From Candidatus Bathyarchaeota archaeon (GTDB taxonomy: Archaea; Thermoproteota; Bathyarchaeia; Bathyarchaeales; Bathycorpusculaceae), in contig CAWGYA010000008.1 of assembly GCA_963826715.1 (NCBI GenBank), positions 32,001-96,000 on the forward strand: a stretch of 64,000 nucleotides of DNA, given 5' to 3'. Positions within the stretch are counted from its first letter, which is position 1; every line of letters starts with the position of its first letter. Below are positions 62,656 through 64,000 of this stretch, in pieces. The translations under genes were made by a program, and so were the position numbers. The notes beneath the pieces are model-generated. The model saw only the letters and a list, made by a program, of their open reading frames with translations, searched no databases and was not told the origin of the DNA.

Positions 62656-63792
62656 CTAATGCGGACATCTCTTACTTTTAATGTCCGCAATAGCATCACA
62701 AACATACTTTATTTCTTCGGGTTTTAACCCTGAACTAGAGGGCAAATATAATCCAGTTTTAGATAACCCCTCCGCAATAGGATACCCTTCTCCCAAGAAA
62801 AGGTTCATATCAGCAAAAACCGGCTGCCTATTCATAGGAACAAAAAAAGCTCGAGTATCAACACCCTTATGGGCAAGTTCAAGCATCAATTCATCACGAC
62901 TCAAACCAAACTCAGGCTCCACAACAACAGAGTACATCCAATAAACATTCTTAGCCCAAGGCTTCTCTACAGGCAACCTTATACCAACGATATCCTTCAA
63001 CAAATCATTGTAAAAATACGCATTCTTCCGACGCATAGCAACAAAATCATCAATTCTTTCAAGCTGAGCAAGACCCACAGCTGCCTGAAGATTAGTCATC
63101 CTATAATTGTACCCGACTTCAGAATGCACATAAGTCCGCTTCTTCCCATCACTGAAAGACAAATCCTTAAGACGACAAGCCTTCTCAGCAATATCAGCAC
63201 TATTAGTTACTAACATGCCGCCCTCGCCGCAGGTAATTATCTTGTTAGCATAAAAACTAAAACAACCAACGTCTCCAATCCCGCCTGCTCTTTTACTCTT
63301 ATACTCAGCCCCGTGAGCCTCGGCGGCATCCTCGACAACATGCAAACCAAACTTATGCGCTACTTCCAAAACAGCATCCATATCACAAGGGTGCCCATAA
63401 ATATGAACAGGCATAATAGCCTTTGTTTTCTCAGTGATCTTTTCTTCTATTTGGGAAACAGCCATATTCCAAGTATCAGGTTCAGAATCAACCAGTACTG
63501 GTTTAGCACCACAATAAACGATGGGAAAAACAGACCCAATCATCGTAAAAGCAGGAACAATAACCTCATCACCAGGCTTCAAACCAAGGGAAGCAAGAGC
63601 CAAATGAATGGCGGTGGTACCATTAGTGGTCGTGATGCCAAACCCGCAATTACAGTACTTAGCAAAGTGGCTCTCAAACGACTCAACATACTTGCCCTTT
63701 GAGGATATCCAATTGCTTTTGATGCAGTCACTAACATAAGCAAGTTCCTTTTCACCTAACAAAGGGACACAAACAGGAATCATTTCAAACAT
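62656..63792 (-). CDS. DegT/DnrJ/EryC1/StrS PLP-dependent aminotransferase (perosamine synthase-like)
   Basis: NGTTAIHLAL, MPVHIYG, EDAAEAHG, FSFYANKIITCGEGG, GYNYRM, LYLPS. Confidence 0.93.
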   Translation of the reverse strand: MFEMIPVCVPLLGEKELAYVSDCIKSNWISSKGKYVESFESHFAKYCNCGFGITTTNGTTAIHLALASLGLKPGDEVIVPAFTMIGSVFPIVYCGAKPVLVDSEPDTWNMAVSQIEEKITEKTKAIMPVHIYGHPCDMDAVLEVAHKFGLHVVEDAAEAHGAEYKSKRAGGIGDVGCFSFYANKIITCGEGGMLVTNSADIAEKACRLKDLSFSDGKKRTYVHSEVGYNYRMTNLQAAVGLAQLERIDDFVAMRRKNAYFYNDLLKDIVGIRLPVEKPWAKNVYWMYSVVVEPEFGLSRDELMLELAHKGVDTRAFFVPMNRQPVFADMNLFLGEGYPIAEGLSKTGLYLPSSSGLKPEEIKYVCDAIADIKSKRCPH

Positions 63793-63807
63793 CCATCTCC
63801 TCTAACA

Positions 63808-64000
63808 TTAATTATTTTTTGCAGCATCATTTTCAATCATGACTTTATCATAAGATTTCCCCAAATAGGGACCCTGCTTTATCTCAATGATAGTTGTCTC
63901 CTCAAGAATTTTAAAGCCATGACCACCACTAACAAAAAAAATCAAATCACCCGCTGATAAAGTTAGGGACCTAAAAAAATCATCATCTTTCCCAAACAAA
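63808..64000 (-). CDS. cupin-fold protein associated with sugar-biosynthesis clusters (3' part only)
   Basis: LSAGDLIFFVSGGHGF...IEIKQGPY; the gene runs off the window end. Confidence 0.7.
   Translation of the reverse strand, partial: LFGKDDDFFRSLTLSAGDLIFFVSGGHGFKILEETTIIEIKQGPYLGKSYDKVMIENDAAKNN

Noticed and set aside
1-64000. Numerous 60-170 aa ORFs antisense to or nested within long genes; tRNA/rRNA genes
   Set aside because: The short ORFs are shadows of well-supported genes. No cloverleaf or rRNA-like GC-rich structured segment was seen by eye; a tRNAscan/Infernal run would be decisive.

Overview
Archaeal genomic window. TATA-box promoters, frequent TTG/GTG starts and DUF1616/DUF58/FrhB-type genes suggest Bathyarchaeia, but that assignment is inference. 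After a small MarR(pseudo)-MFS-Nudix start, nearly the whole window is one large cell-surface glycan locus. It has four parts. (i) A divergent core module: a DUF1616 gene, two FtsX/MacB-type permeases, a GT-C-like membrane protein and an ABC ATPase on the minus strand, facing DUF1616-TM, two small membrane proteins, DUF4129-, DUF4350-, MoxR- and DUF58-type genes on the plus strand. (ii) Six GT-C-like polytopic membrane genes, one of them truncated. (iii) Large secreted proteins: a multicopper oxidase with FN3, an FG-GAP/LamG giant, a GH39-like enzyme with a recent 780-bp internal duplication, and two paralogous clan GH-A enzymes. The oxidase and the giant share a C-terminal Trp-rich beta-propeller, and a third, decayed copy of it lies nearby. 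(iv) Polysaccharide synthesis and modification genes: GT2, GT4, CgeB-like GT, flippase, pyruvyl transferase, FrhB-like Fe-S protein, CapK-like ligase, epimerases, DegT aminotransferase and a methyltransferase. Many genes carry single-base frameshifts, which could be sequencing error or decay. No rRNA, tRNA, CRISPR array or intact mobile element was seen. All family calls come from motif recognition by eye, not from database searches.
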